Source of the DNA: an uncultured Acidobacteriota bacterium
GTDB lineage: Bacteria; Acidobacteriota; UBA6911
NCBI GenBank assembly: GCA_963721405.1
Contig: CAVRJA010000002.1
Span: forward strand, 115,580 to 179,579
DNA length: 64,000 nt
Reading direction: 5' to 3'
Shown one piece after another: positions 36,651-45,124 of the stretch; position 1 is the stretch's first letter; every line of letters begins with the position of its first letter. The notes below the pieces were generated by a model that had not been told where the DNA came from, ran no database searches, and saw nothing but the letters and a program-made list of their open reading frames with translations. The position numbers and the translations under genes are program-made.

Positions 36651-38114
36651 TCAGCCAACATGTCTTGTTGCCAGAACCTCGCGCACGACCTGCTGGACCA
36701 GACGCTCAATCTCCTCCGGGGACGGCCCGGTGGGGACCTCGCCCCGCTGGAAGGCCTCCAGAGGCGGGGCAGCGGTTGCATATGCCAGTCTCTTGATGTT
36801 GATCAGATGCGATGCTGTGATGTTGTCGCCGGTGATAGCGCCGCCGAGACCGCCCGAGCCCAGGGTCATGGAGGGCATCACTCCGGTCGTCAGCCCGACC
36901 GCGCCCAGCGTCCCCATCGTGTTCACGAGGATTCTGAAGACCGGCTTTTCCAGGCCGAAGGCCATGATAATGCGGTCATCGCTGGCGTGGATGATCTGAG
37001 TGTGGCCACGGCCGCCGCTTTCAAGGATGGCAATGGAAGTGTCGCAGCCCTGCTCCCACCCGTCGACCTCGTACCAGCCGAGCACCGTGGTCAGTTTTTC
37101 CAGGGAGAGCGGCTCGTCCTTACCCACCTTCCGGAGCGGCGTCACGAGAATTCGCGCCTCGGGCGGGATGCGGAAGCCTGCATAGGCCGCCACATGCGCG
37201 GCCGACTTTCCGACTATGGCCGTGTTGATGCTCCGGTCGGGATGGAAGACCGCCTGGCGCAGCGCGTCGGTCTCCTGCGGATTCGTGAAATAGGCGCCCT
37301 CTGCCCGCATGACTTCGGCCAATCGTCCCGCGACCGGCCGGTCCGCGACGACCGATTGTTCGGTGGCGCAGATTGTGGAGAAATCAAACGCCTTGGAGGC
37401 AACGATGTAGCGCCCGGCCTTTTCGAGGTCGGCGCTCCGGTCCACGTAGACTGGCACGTTCCCCGGCCCCACGCCGTATGCCGGTTTGCCCGTGCTGTGG
37501 GCCGCCCTTACCATCGCGGTCCCGCCTGTAGCAAGGATGATTGCGGTGTGGCGGTGACGCATCAGCTCCTGAGTCCCCGGCAGGGATACCTGCCGCATGC
37601 AGCCGATCAATCCCTGGGGCGCGCCTGCAGCCTCGGCAGCCGTCGCCATGGTCCGCGTCGCCTCGTGGGTGCAGCGCACGGCGGCCGGATGAGGGGCAAT
37701 GATGATGCCGTTGCGCGCCTTGACGGAGATCAGGATCTTGTTGAATGCCGTCGACGTCGGGTTGGTGGAAGGGACCAGAGCCGTCACCACGCCCATCGGA
37801 GATGCAATTTCGTACAAGCGGCGGTCAGGATCGTGGCGGAGGATACCCACGCTCCTCAGGTCGCGGATGCTTTGCCACACGCCGCGCGAGCCGAATTCGT
37901 TCTTCAGTTTCTTGTGCGCGGCAACTCCATACCCGGTCTCCTCCTGCGCCATCCGCCCGATCCGCTCGGACGCCTGGTATCCGGCTTCGGCCATCGCCTC
38001 GCAAACACGGTCCACCTCGGCCTGCGACGCCCGGCTCCAGGTTTTCCAGGCCTCGTGAGAAGCGTTGGCCAGGTCGCGCGCCTCCTGGATCGATGAAAGG
38101 TCATTGTCGAGCAT
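36651..38114 (-). CDS. CoA-acylating aldehyde dehydrogenase (EutE/PduP-like) with a C-terminal encapsulation-peptide-like helix
   Basis: [22 protein letters not shown] and the catalytic-Cys region [12 protein letters not shown]. The tail is [27 protein letters not shown] at 38114. Confidence 0.9.
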   Translation of the reverse strand: MLDNDLSSIQEARDLANASHEAWKTWSRASQAEVDRVCEAMAEAGYQASERIGRMAQEETGYGVAAHKKLKNEFGSRGVWQSIRDLRSVGILRHDPDRRLYEIASPMGVVTALVPSTNPTSTAFNKILISVKARNGIIIAPHPAAVRCTHEATRTMATAAEAAGAPQGLIGCMRQVSLPGTQELMRHRHTAIILATGGTAMVRAAHSTGKPAYGVGPGNVPVYVDRSADLEKAGRYIVASKAFDFSTICATEQSVVADRPVAGRLAEVMRAEGAYFTNPQETDALRQAVFHPDRSINTAIVGKSAAHVAAYAGFRIPPEARILVTPLRKVGKDEPLSLEKLTTVLGWYEVDGWEQGCDTSIAILESGGRGHTQIIHASDDRIIMAFGLEKPVFRILVNTMGTLGAVGLTTGVMPSMTLGSGGLGGAITGDNITASHLINIKRLAYATAAPPLEAFQRGEVPTGPSPEEIERLVQQVVREVLATRHVG

Positions 38115-38268
38115 GGTGGTCTTCGTCCTCGATGCGGCCGGGACGCCGGACAGAGCCGTGAGCGTGAGCCAGCGGGTGCGCGCAAGGCCCGATCTCAATT
38201 CGGCCGTGCGCTCTCTTGTGCCCGCTTACAGACGCGCGCGGCACTGTTGTACGTGCCATGTCGCAGGG

Positions 38269-38562
38269 TCACCTCGTTTTTCGGAATACGACGGACCCGT
38301 CCACTTCCAGCGAATCGATCACGGACATGATCACCGCATCGACCGGAGTGTCCTTCGTGATGTTCGTCTGCCTGGCCGACGAGCCGGCGCAGGTGAGCAC
38401 CAGGTCGCCGACACCCGAGTCCACCGTGTCGACGGCCACATAGGGCTTGCCGGCCGGGTTGCCCTGCTCGTCCGCCGGCCGGACGACGAGCAGTTTCCGG
38501 CCCACAAGCTTCTCATCCTTGATGGTCGAGACCGTGGTCCCTATGACTCTGGCTATCAGCAT
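38269..38562 (-). CDS. BMC-P vertex protein (EutN/CcmL family), copy 1
   Basis: MLIARVIGTTVSTIKDEKLVGRKLLVVRPAD...AVDTVDSGVGDLVL. Confidence 0.9.
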   Translation of the reverse strand: MLIARVIGTTVSTIKDEKLVGRKLLVVRPADEQGNPAGKPYVAVDTVDSGVGDLVLTCAGSSARQTNITKDTPVDAVIMSVIDSLEVDGSVVFRKTR

Positions 38563-38578
38563 GACAGGCCTCCCGGAA

Positions 38579-39505
38579 CTAATAATTCCTGCCGACGGCG
38601 GCAGCCTCGGTGGACTTCCCGGCGGAGGGGCCCTGAATGATCTTGACCCCCGCGCTGGCGCCGATGCGCGTGGCGCCGGCTTTGATCATGTTTTCGGCGT
38701 CCGCATACGTGCGCACGCCACCGGCGGCCTTCACCCCCATTCCCGGACCCACGACCCGGCGCATCAGCGCCACATCGTGGACGGTCGCGCCGCCGCTCGC
38801 GAAGCCGGTCGATGTCTTCACGAAATCGGCGCCGGCTTCCTTTGAAAGCAGGCAGGCAATTGTCTTCTCCTCGTCCGTCAGGAGCACCGCTTCGATGATC
38901 ACTTTGACGATCGCACTGCGGGCGTGAGCCGCGGTTACGACCCAAATGATGTCCCGCGCGACCAACTCCAGGTCGCGCGCTTTGAGGGCGCCGATGTTGA
39001 TCACCATGTCGATCTCCGTTGCACCGTGCTCGAGGGCGGTCTGACATTCGAAAGCCTTGACCTCAGGCGACGTCGCCCCGAGCGGAAAGCCGATGACGGT
39101 GCACACCTTGACGGGAGATCCCTCGAGGAGTTGCGCGCTCAGCTTCACCCACGTCGGGTTGATGCACACGGAGGCGAAGCCGTACTTGCGCGCTTCGAAG
39201 CAGAGCTGGGCGATCTGGTCCGGGGTCGCCTCAGGTTTGAGAAGCGTGTGATCGATCATCTTCGACAGACTCATGTCCTGCGGGATCACGCCGATGGTCG
39301 ACGACAGCCGCTCCGCACCGGCGCTTACGACGCTGCCTGCGCGGTCGAAACAGGTTCGAACGCACATCCCTTCCGCGCAGTCGAACTTGCACTGGCCGCA
39401 TCCGGCGGGCGCCTTGGCCCGTTCCTGCTTCTCCATCATGGCCACCAACACTTCGCGGGCGATGACTTCGACGAGTTGTTCCGCGGTTCTAATGTCCGGG
39501 ATCAT
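38579..39505 (-). CDS. deoC: Deoxyribose-phosphate aldolase (DERA) with an ~85-aa N-terminal extension (amphipathic helix plus five-Cys motif)
   Basis: The core has [43 protein letters not shown] and the Schiff-base Lys region FVKTSTGF. The extension is [19 protein letters not shown]...[17 protein letters not shown]. Confidence 0.9.
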   Translation of the reverse strand: MIPDIRTAEQLVEVIAREVLVAMMEKQERAKAPAGCGQCKFDCAEGMCVRTCFDRAGSVVSAGAERLSSTIGVIPQDMSLSKMIDHTLLKPEATPDQIAQLCFEARKYGFASVCINPTWVKLSAQLLEGSPVKVCTVIGFPLGATSPEVKAFECQTALEHGATEIDMVINIGALKARDLELVARDIIWVVTAAHARSAIVKVIIEAVLLTDEEKTIACLLSKEAGADFVKTSTGFASGGATVHDVALMRRVVGPGMGVKAAGGVRTYADAENMIKAGATRIGASAGVKIIQGPSAGKSTEAAAVGRNY

Positions 39506-39515
39506 GGAATAGCCC

Positions 39516-40106
39516 CTACTTTAAATACAGTTTCTCGATCGCCGTGATCTTGTCGACACGCCGGGCATGGCGTCCCCCGCCGTACCCAGTCGACAGCCAG
39601 GTCTTGACGATTTGTTTGGCGAGGTTGACGCCGATCAGGCCGGCCCCCAGGGTCAGCACGTTTGTGTCGTTGTGCTCGCGGCCGTTTACCGCAGTGGAAT
39701 AGTCATAAGCCATCCCTGCGCGTACGCCGGGGAGCTTGTTGGCCACGATGCAGCTGCCGATGCCGGCGCCGTCGATGACGATTCCCCGCCAGGCCTTCCC
39801 CATGCTGACCAGATGAGCAACCTGATGGGCAAAATCGGGATAATCCACCGCCTCTTTGCTGTTGGTCCCGGTGTCGATGACATCAAATCCCATCCCGGCC
39901 AGGTCCGCCTTCAGGGTTTCCTTCAGATCGAAGCCGCCATGGTCGGCCCCGATGGCGACGATTTTGAGTTCCGGGATTTGAGGTTCGGCCTGAGGCGCAG
40001 TTTCCTCAGGGCGCGGCGCATCGGGGCTGGCAGCAGAGAGCCCCAAGGCCTGGTTGAGCACTCGCTGTACGATTTGCCGGATTTCCGTATCAGACTGGTC
40101 GCTCAT
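39516..40106 (-). CDS. rpiB: RpiB/LacAB-family sugar-phosphate isomerase with an N-terminal encapsulation-peptide-like extension
   Basis: The core is [16 protein letters not shown]...DYPDFA...[21 protein letters not shown]...[13 protein letters not shown]. The extension is [19 protein letters not shown] plus a Pro/Ala/Glu linker. Confidence 0.9.
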   Translation of the reverse strand: MSDQSDTEIRQIVQRVLNQALGLSAASPDAPRPEETAPQAEPQIPELKIVAIGADHGGFDLKETLKADLAGMGFDVIDTGTNSKEAVDYPDFAHQVAHLVSMGKAWRGIVIDGAGIGSCIVANKLPGVRAGMAYDYSTAVNGREHNDTNVLTLGAGLIGVNLAKQIVKTWLSTGYGGGRHARRVDKITAIEKLYLK

Positions 40107-40125
40107 GCCACCATCCTTGTTGGTT

Positions 40126-40143
40126 ATGTGGTAGTGACCACAT
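40126..40143. promoter_or_regulatory. Operator-like inverted repeat in the BMC operon leader
   Basis: ATGTGGT-agtg-ACCACAT is a perfect 7-bp inverted repeat. It lies between the predicted -10 element and the rpiB RBS. A GT..AC core is typical of GntR-family operators. Confidence 0.35.
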
Positions 40144-40147
40144 GACC

Positions 40148-40176
40148 AGACTACATCACTATATCGGCACTGTCAA
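40148..40176 (-). promoter_or_regulatory. Possible sigma-70-type promoter of the BMC operon
   Basis: Read on the minus strand: TTGACA (40176-40171), a 17-nt spacer, TAGTCT (40153-40148). This is about 40 nt upstream of the rpiB ATG. Confidence 0.35.
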
Positions 40177-40244
40177 CAAAATTGTGAATAAGAAGTTCTG
40201 GGTTATCTGGAACGGGCACCGGAAAACGATCGCGTTGGGAGAAT

Positions 40245-40537
40245 AGAAGTCAGGAGCCAGGAGTCAGGAGATGGGGGTGGGGGAATTGTTGGAAGCCAGG
40301 AGATGGGGGTAGGGGAATTGTTGGACACCCACAGACGGATATGAACTTCGTGGGAACTTCGTGGGGAACTTCGTGGACACCCACAGACGGGTATCGTAAG
40401 TGCGTCACCCGGGGAAAAAAGGAGTCTGGAGATGGGGGTTGGGTGCTGGGGGGCAGGGATCGGGAGTTGGAAAAACTGTTGGACACCTACAGCCTATTCT
40501 GACTTCCGACTCCCGACTCCTGACTTCTGACTCCTGC
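40245..40537. repeat. Composite short-tandem-repeat block bounded by inverted (a)ggagtcagga-type arms
   Basis: caggagatgggggt[g/a]ggggaattgttgga occurs twice (40265-40293, 40297-40325) plus a degenerate third copy near 40426-40483. ttggacacc[c/t]acag occurs three times (40321, 40374, 40478). gaacttcgtgg occurs three times in tandem (40343-40376). The left arm gaagtcaggagccaggagtcaggag is the reverse complement of the right arm ctcctgacttctgactcctg (40518-40537). Confidence 0.85.
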
Positions 40538-40541
40538 CTTT

Positions 40542-41297
40542 TTACCGTGTCAGTTTCGCGATGTAGCGATACCGGTCGCCGCGATAGAGGATCTTTACGA
40601 ACTCGATTACGCGCCGGTATTGGGAATAGGTCGTGCGCTCGCTGACCAGCAGAGGGCTGCCGGGCTCGATTTGCAGCAGAAACGCCTCGCGCGGCGTCGC
40701 CAACGCCACCTCCAGGGTCTCATCCGCTTCGGACGGGATCAGATGGAACCGCTCCTGCAGCATGCGGTAGATGGAGCCGTATTCTTCCAGGTCGGCGCGA
40801 CGTATGGTTTGCCCTTCGGGAAGCAGGTAATAAGAAGTCTGCAAACCCATCGGCACGCCGTCGCCCAGGCGGAGACGTTCGATGCACAGCACTCTTTCAA
40901 CCTCGGCAGGCAGCTCGAGGCGGGTGGCCACGGCTTCTGAGGGCCGCACATACCTGATTTCCAGGATCTTCTGTCCCGGCACGATTCCCCGCCGCCTCAT
41001 GTCCTCGGTAAAACTAGTCAGCTCGGAGATTCCTTTCTGCAGCTTCTGAGGCGAGACAAAGGTTCCCTTGCCGTGCTCGCGATACAGGAAGCCCTGGCGA
41101 ATCAGCAGCTCGATAGCCTGGCGAATGGTGGTGCGGCTGACGGAGAAGTCCTTCTCCAACTGGCGCTCGGAAGGGATCGGCTCGAGGGCGGCGAGCTCCC
41201 CCCTGGAGATCCGCTCGCGCAGGATATTCGCCAGCTGATAGTACCGGGGCAGGAAACCGTTGGGATCGACTATATCGGGCATCTTCCCCCGCTCCAT
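40542..41297 (-). CDS. GntR-family (HutC/UTRA subfamily) transcriptional regulator
   Basis: wHTH LPSERQLEKDFSVSRTTIRQAIELLIRQGFLYREHGKGTFV, followed by a UTRA-like C-terminal domain. Confidence 0.85.
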   Translation of the reverse strand: MERGKMPDIVDPNGFLPRYYQLANILRERISRGELAALEPIPSERQLEKDFSVSRTTIRQAIELLIRQGFLYREHGKGTFVSPQKLQKGISELTSFTEDMRRRGIVPGQKILEIRYVRPSEAVATRLELPAEVERVLCIERLRLGDGVPMGLQTSYYLLPEGQTIRRADLEEYGSIYRMLQERFHLIPSEADETLEVALATPREAFLLQIEPGSPLLVSERTTYSQYRRVIEFVKILYRGDRYRYIAKLTR

Positions 41298-41495
41298 CGA
41301 CAGCGTGACATCATGTGGTAGCTACCATTCGATTATCCCGCTCTTCCCCTGATCACGTCAAGCTCTCTCCGTCTTGGCAGACTCTATTCGAGTCTCTACC
41401 CCCGAAGAGGTGCATTACCTCAATAGAATCAGCCGGCGGCTCAAATAAAGAAACCACGACGAGTCGCGAGAAGTCTCGACGGTCCTTGTTCCATC

Positions 41496-42068
41496 TTAAG
41501 ACTTCGATCTGCGACCCGGGGGATAGGCTTCGATGAGGTTTTGGGAAATACCGCGGATTTCCTCGATAAAACCGACGGGAAGGCCGTTCTTTTCGAAATC
41601 CGCAAAATCCCCGGCCAGTTCGTCGAGGACAAACTCGGGCAAAGAATGGAGGATGATCGGGAACAGGATGTCCTCCTCCCGCTTCATGTGCGGGCGGATC
41701 CGCAGGATGTACCCCAGGGCGTGCCCATTCGCGACTTCTCTCTCTGCCGCGGTCAGCGCTCCCGCCCCTTTGCCAATGGCTGCCAGCGCATCCAGGTGAT
41801 CCCGCCCTTCGCCCTGCTCCGACAACATCGCGGAAACCGGCCCGCCATCCAGGGAAAACCCGTATGCGGCCATTCTTGCGAACAGGTAATGCTCTTCCTT
41901 GCCGTGGTGGCAGGTGTCGAGCCCGAGAAATACACGGGCGTAGTCCCGAATTGCCCCACGCTCCCGTTCGGGATGTTCACCCAAAGAGGCCAGAAATGTC
42001 TCCAGTGAGCCAAGAACGCCCTCGATCACCCGATGCTCCGCCAGCAATTCATCGATCGCAGCAGCCAT
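41496..42068 (-). CDS. Hemerythrin-domain protein
   Basis: LLAEHRVIEGVL, CHHGKEEHYLF and HMKREEDILFP provide the His/Glu ligands of hemerythrin-like cation-binding domains. Confidence 0.8.
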   Translation of the reverse strand: MAAAIDELLAEHRVIEGVLGSLETFLASLGEHPERERGAIRDYARVFLGLDTCHHGKEEHYLFARMAAYGFSLDGGPVSAMLSEQGEGRDHLDALAAIGKGAGALTAAEREVANGHALGYILRIRPHMKREEDILFPIILHSLPEFVLDELAGDFADFEKNGLPVGFIEEIRGISQNLIEAYPPGRRSKS

Positions 42069-42485
42069 GTATTACGCCCCCTGGCAACAAGTTACCGCCC
42101 CGACTTAACGCAACTCGAGCGTCCCTCAATCATACTACATTGCCCTTCCGGAGGCCGCTCCGGAACAGGCCGGGAACAATGCCGGCCTCGCAGTTCGGCC
42201 GGGGATTCGAGAATCAGGACTTCCCCTCAACACACCCGCCTCATATCATACCTTAACGTATTCGTTAGATTAGGTCTTGAGGCAGGAGGTTTGCTGTGTT
42301 TGAATTATCTATGGCGACTCCGGGCTTTCGGACTGCCTGGAGAGTGGTTTCCCGCAAGACTGGCAGGGTCGTGAGAACGACGCGACTGCCCGGGATTCCG
42401 ACGCAACGGGTGAGGGTACAGCATCGCCGGGCACGTCCATCAGCCGGTGCAGGGCCATGCAGCCTGCGACCGCAGGGGTGGTGCG

Positions 42486-44897
42486 GTGGAAAAGATCGGG
42501 AAATACCGGATCTTGGGAAAACTCGGGGAAGGGGGAATGGGGGTTGTCTACAAGGCCCTCGATCCTCTGCTGGAGCGCATCGTGGCGCTCAAGACGATAG
42601 CGGCGCAGCTGGACTCCGAGCCTGACTTGCGCACGAAGTTCTTTCGCGAAGGACGCTCTGCGGCGCACCTGTCCCACAAAAACATCATAACGATCTACGA
42701 CCTCGGCGAAGACAACGGCATGGCGTACCTGGCCATGGAGTTTCTGGATGGAGAGGACCTCAAGGCGAAGGTCAGAAGGAAGGAGATCGGGTCCCTCGAC
42801 AGGAAGCTCCTCATCATGTTCGAGGTCTGTACCGGCCTCGCCCACGCGCACAGCCGGCATGTGATTCACCGCGACATCAAACCCGCGAACGTATTCATCA
42901 CCTCCTCTGGCCAGGTCAAGATCCTCGACTTCGGACTCGCGCGCGTCATGTCCACTGACACTACTCGGACCAGCGCCACGCCAGGCTCGCCGAGCTACAT
43001 GTCCCCGGAGCAAGTGCGCGGAGAAAAGCTCGATCACCGGACGGACATTTTCTCTGCCGGAGCGCTGTTGTACGAGCTCCTGACTTTCCGCAGGCCGTTC
43101 GAGGGTGAGTCGATCGGCTCCACGATCTTCAGCATTCTTCATCACGAGCCGGAGCCGCCTTCGAAGGTCGATCCTGCGCTTCCGCACCAGCTTGACGCCA
43201 TCGTAGCGAAGGCATTGGCAAAGAACCCCGAGGAGAGGTATCAGAGCGTCCAGGAAATGATGTCCGCCCTCAGGGATTGCTCGCCGCAATTGCGATCTTT
43301 GGCACTCCCCGAACCGGGCGGGGACGATGCCGAGACCATTTCGCTGACCGGGATCGACACGGCAAGCGCGACAGTGTCGCTGCCCGGAGATGCTCCCGAT
43401 CTTCTCGGATCGATGCGGATGGAGCCCGCGGCTGCGCGGGTTGAGAGCATTCCAGCCTCAGCGCCTGCTCATCGTCGCAGAAACAGGCTTGCCTACCTCG
43501 TCGCCGCCTGCATGGTTCTGGCTCTGACGGCGGCATCAGTGTGGCGGATTGGCCGGAAAACCCAGGCTTCGGTCACGCGCACGGACAGCGCGGCGGCCCG
43601 GAATTCGCTCCCTGCAGAATCATCGCCGGGTCGCGAGGTTGCCGGCAGGGCGAGCGCCCCACCGGTGCCTGCGGGCGTCACGCGACCGGCGGCGCCTGCG
43701 CAGGGATTGCAGCAGGCGGGCGGCGCCCGGACTCCAGACGCCTCACACGTGGAACCGAACATCCCGGGCACTCCTTCCAGCCGGCAGGGCGCTCCTGCTC
43801 CGCCACGCGGAGAGGCGGAAAGGGCCAATCTCGTCGCGCGCGGGATTCAGCAGACGAAACTGCTTGTCGATCAGGGCAGGTACAAGGAGGCTTCGGACGG
43901 ATTGAAGGAAGTCCTGCGAACAGCGCCGGCAGACCCGGAAGCCCTGCGGCTCGCGGCTCAGCTTGCCGGTTATGCCAAGAAAAACGCCGACGACGCCCGA
44001 GGACAGATGATGGAATCGAAACACAAGGCCGAGGCGGCGGCAGCAGGCCAGTTCGCCGCGAGATCGTTCGAGGGGGCGCAGAACAGGGAGGCGTCGGCGA
44101 GAGCGTCCTACGATGCCGGGCAGTTCGCCGATGCGGCCGCCGGGTTTTTCGAGACCAGCGGCCTTTACCTCAGCGCGGCTCTCGAAGCGGGATCGGAAAA
44201 AGCCGCCAGTGAGAGCCGCGTCAAGCTGTCGGAACAGGAGCGGCAACGGACCCTCCAGCGCCAGCAGGCGGATGTGAGCCGGAGCGTCTACGAGCAGGAG
44301 CGCCTGGACGCGGTCAAGGCGGATGTGGAAACGATGGCTCCCCAAATGTACCAGGATGCGGTCCAGACCGCAGTGGGAGCCCGGGCCAAATGGGATCGCG
44401 AGGATTATGAGGGCTCCAGGGCGGACTTCGAAAAGGCCGCTGAAGCCATGCGTCGGGCGAAAGGGGCGGCGCGGGATGCGGCCAAGAAGCTCGAGCCTCC
44501 TGCCGTTGCCGTCAATCCAAAGCCGGCCTCTCCCGCTGCGCCGGCACCTTCCCAGGCCGACAACAGCCAGCAGGCAATCTCAGCCGTCCTCCAGCAATAT
44601 GCGGCTGCCCTGCAGTCGAAGGATCTGCATGCGCTGCGGAGTATCTGGCCCGGCCTGGGCGGCCAGCAGGAGAGGGCACTGCAGGAAGAATTCAGGAACG
44701 CCCGTGAGATCCAGGTGCGGCTTTCAGGCGTCGAGATCAAGGTCACGGGCGACGACGCGGTCGCAACGGCTCGCCGAACCTACACCCTTTTGACAGTGGA
44801 CGGACAGAAACTACAGACCGAGACCCGCACGGTTGTGGATCTTCGGAGAAACGGCAAGGTATGGCTCATCGACAGTATCCGCTTCGGGCCCATTTAG
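42486..44897 (+). CDS. Transmembrane Ser/Thr protein kinase with an Ala-rich coiled region and a C-terminal NTF2/SnoaL-like domain
   Basis: GEGGMGVVYKA, VALK, HRDIKPAN, DFGLAR, SPEQ. TM helix LAYLVAACMVLALTAASVW. The C-terminus is AISAVLQQYAAALQSKDLHALRSIWPG.... The GTG at 42486 was chosen as the start (GGGGTGG upstream); the ORF is open from GTG 42447. Confidence 0.85.
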   Translation: MEKIGKYRILGKLGEGGMGVVYKALDPLLERIVALKTIAAQLDSEPDLRTKFFREGRSAAHLSHKNIITIYDLGEDNGMAYLAMEFLDGEDLKAKVRRKEIGSLDRKLLIMFEVCTGLAHAHSRHVIHRDIKPANVFITSSGQVKILDFGLARVMSTDTTRTSATPGSPSYMSPEQVRGEKLDHRTDIFSAGALLYELLTFRRPFEGESIGSTIFSILHHEPEPPSKVDPALPHQLDAIVAKALAKNPEERYQSVQEMMSALRDCSPQLRSLALPEPGGDDAETISLTGIDTASATVSLPGDAPDLLGSMRMEPAAARVESIPASAPAHRRRNRLAYLVAACMVLALTAASVWRIGRKTQASVTRTDSAAARNSLPAESSPGREVAGRASAPPVPAGVTRPAAPAQGLQQAGGARTPDASHVEPNIPGTPSSRQGAPAPPRGEAERANLVARGIQQTKLLVDQGRYKEASDGLKEVLRTAPADPEALRLAAQLAGYAKKNADDARGQMMESKHKAEAAAAGQFAARSFEGAQNREASARASYDAGQFADAAAGFFETSGLYLSAALEAGSEKAASESRVKLSEQERQRTLQRQQADVSRSVYEQERLDAVKADVETMAPQMYQDAVQTAVGARAKWDREDYEGSRADFEKAAEAMRRAKGAARDAAKKLEPPAVAVNPKPASPAAPAPSQADNSQQAISAVLQQYAAALQSKDLHALRSIWPGLGGQQERALQEEFRNAREIQVRLSGVEIKVTGDDAVATARRTYTLLTVDGQKLQTETRTVVDLRRNGKVWLIDSIRFGPI

Positions 44898-45124
44898 CCC
44901 GGGTTATTCATCTACGAAACGACCAACCCTGTTCCCGGACGCGGAAGAACGACGCCTGCGTTCGACACCGGCAAGGCGGATGCCCGCGCTCCTGTGCGTC
45001 CGAACTCCCGGCCTTCATCAGTGTCCAAACCCGGTCGATGAATGTTCCCGGCTAGCGACCTGCCCTCGAAATCGCATCATGGAAAATCCAAGCAGTAGTG
45101 AACGCAATCCGCGGAGACTTGCTC

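Noticed and set aside
36660-38096. 478-aa plus-strand ORF
   Set aside because: It mirrors the aldehyde dehydrogenase gene on the opposite strand. The dehydrogenase carries clear catalytic motifs and this ORF carries none.
40250-40486. Possible CRISPR array or a 78-aa ORF in the repeat block upstream of the BMC operon
   Set aside because: The repeats are 11-29 bp at irregular periods (11-12 and 32 bp), with no unique spacers of regular length and no cas genes in the window. The ORF translation is low-complexity Pro/Ser-rich and simply reflects the repeats.
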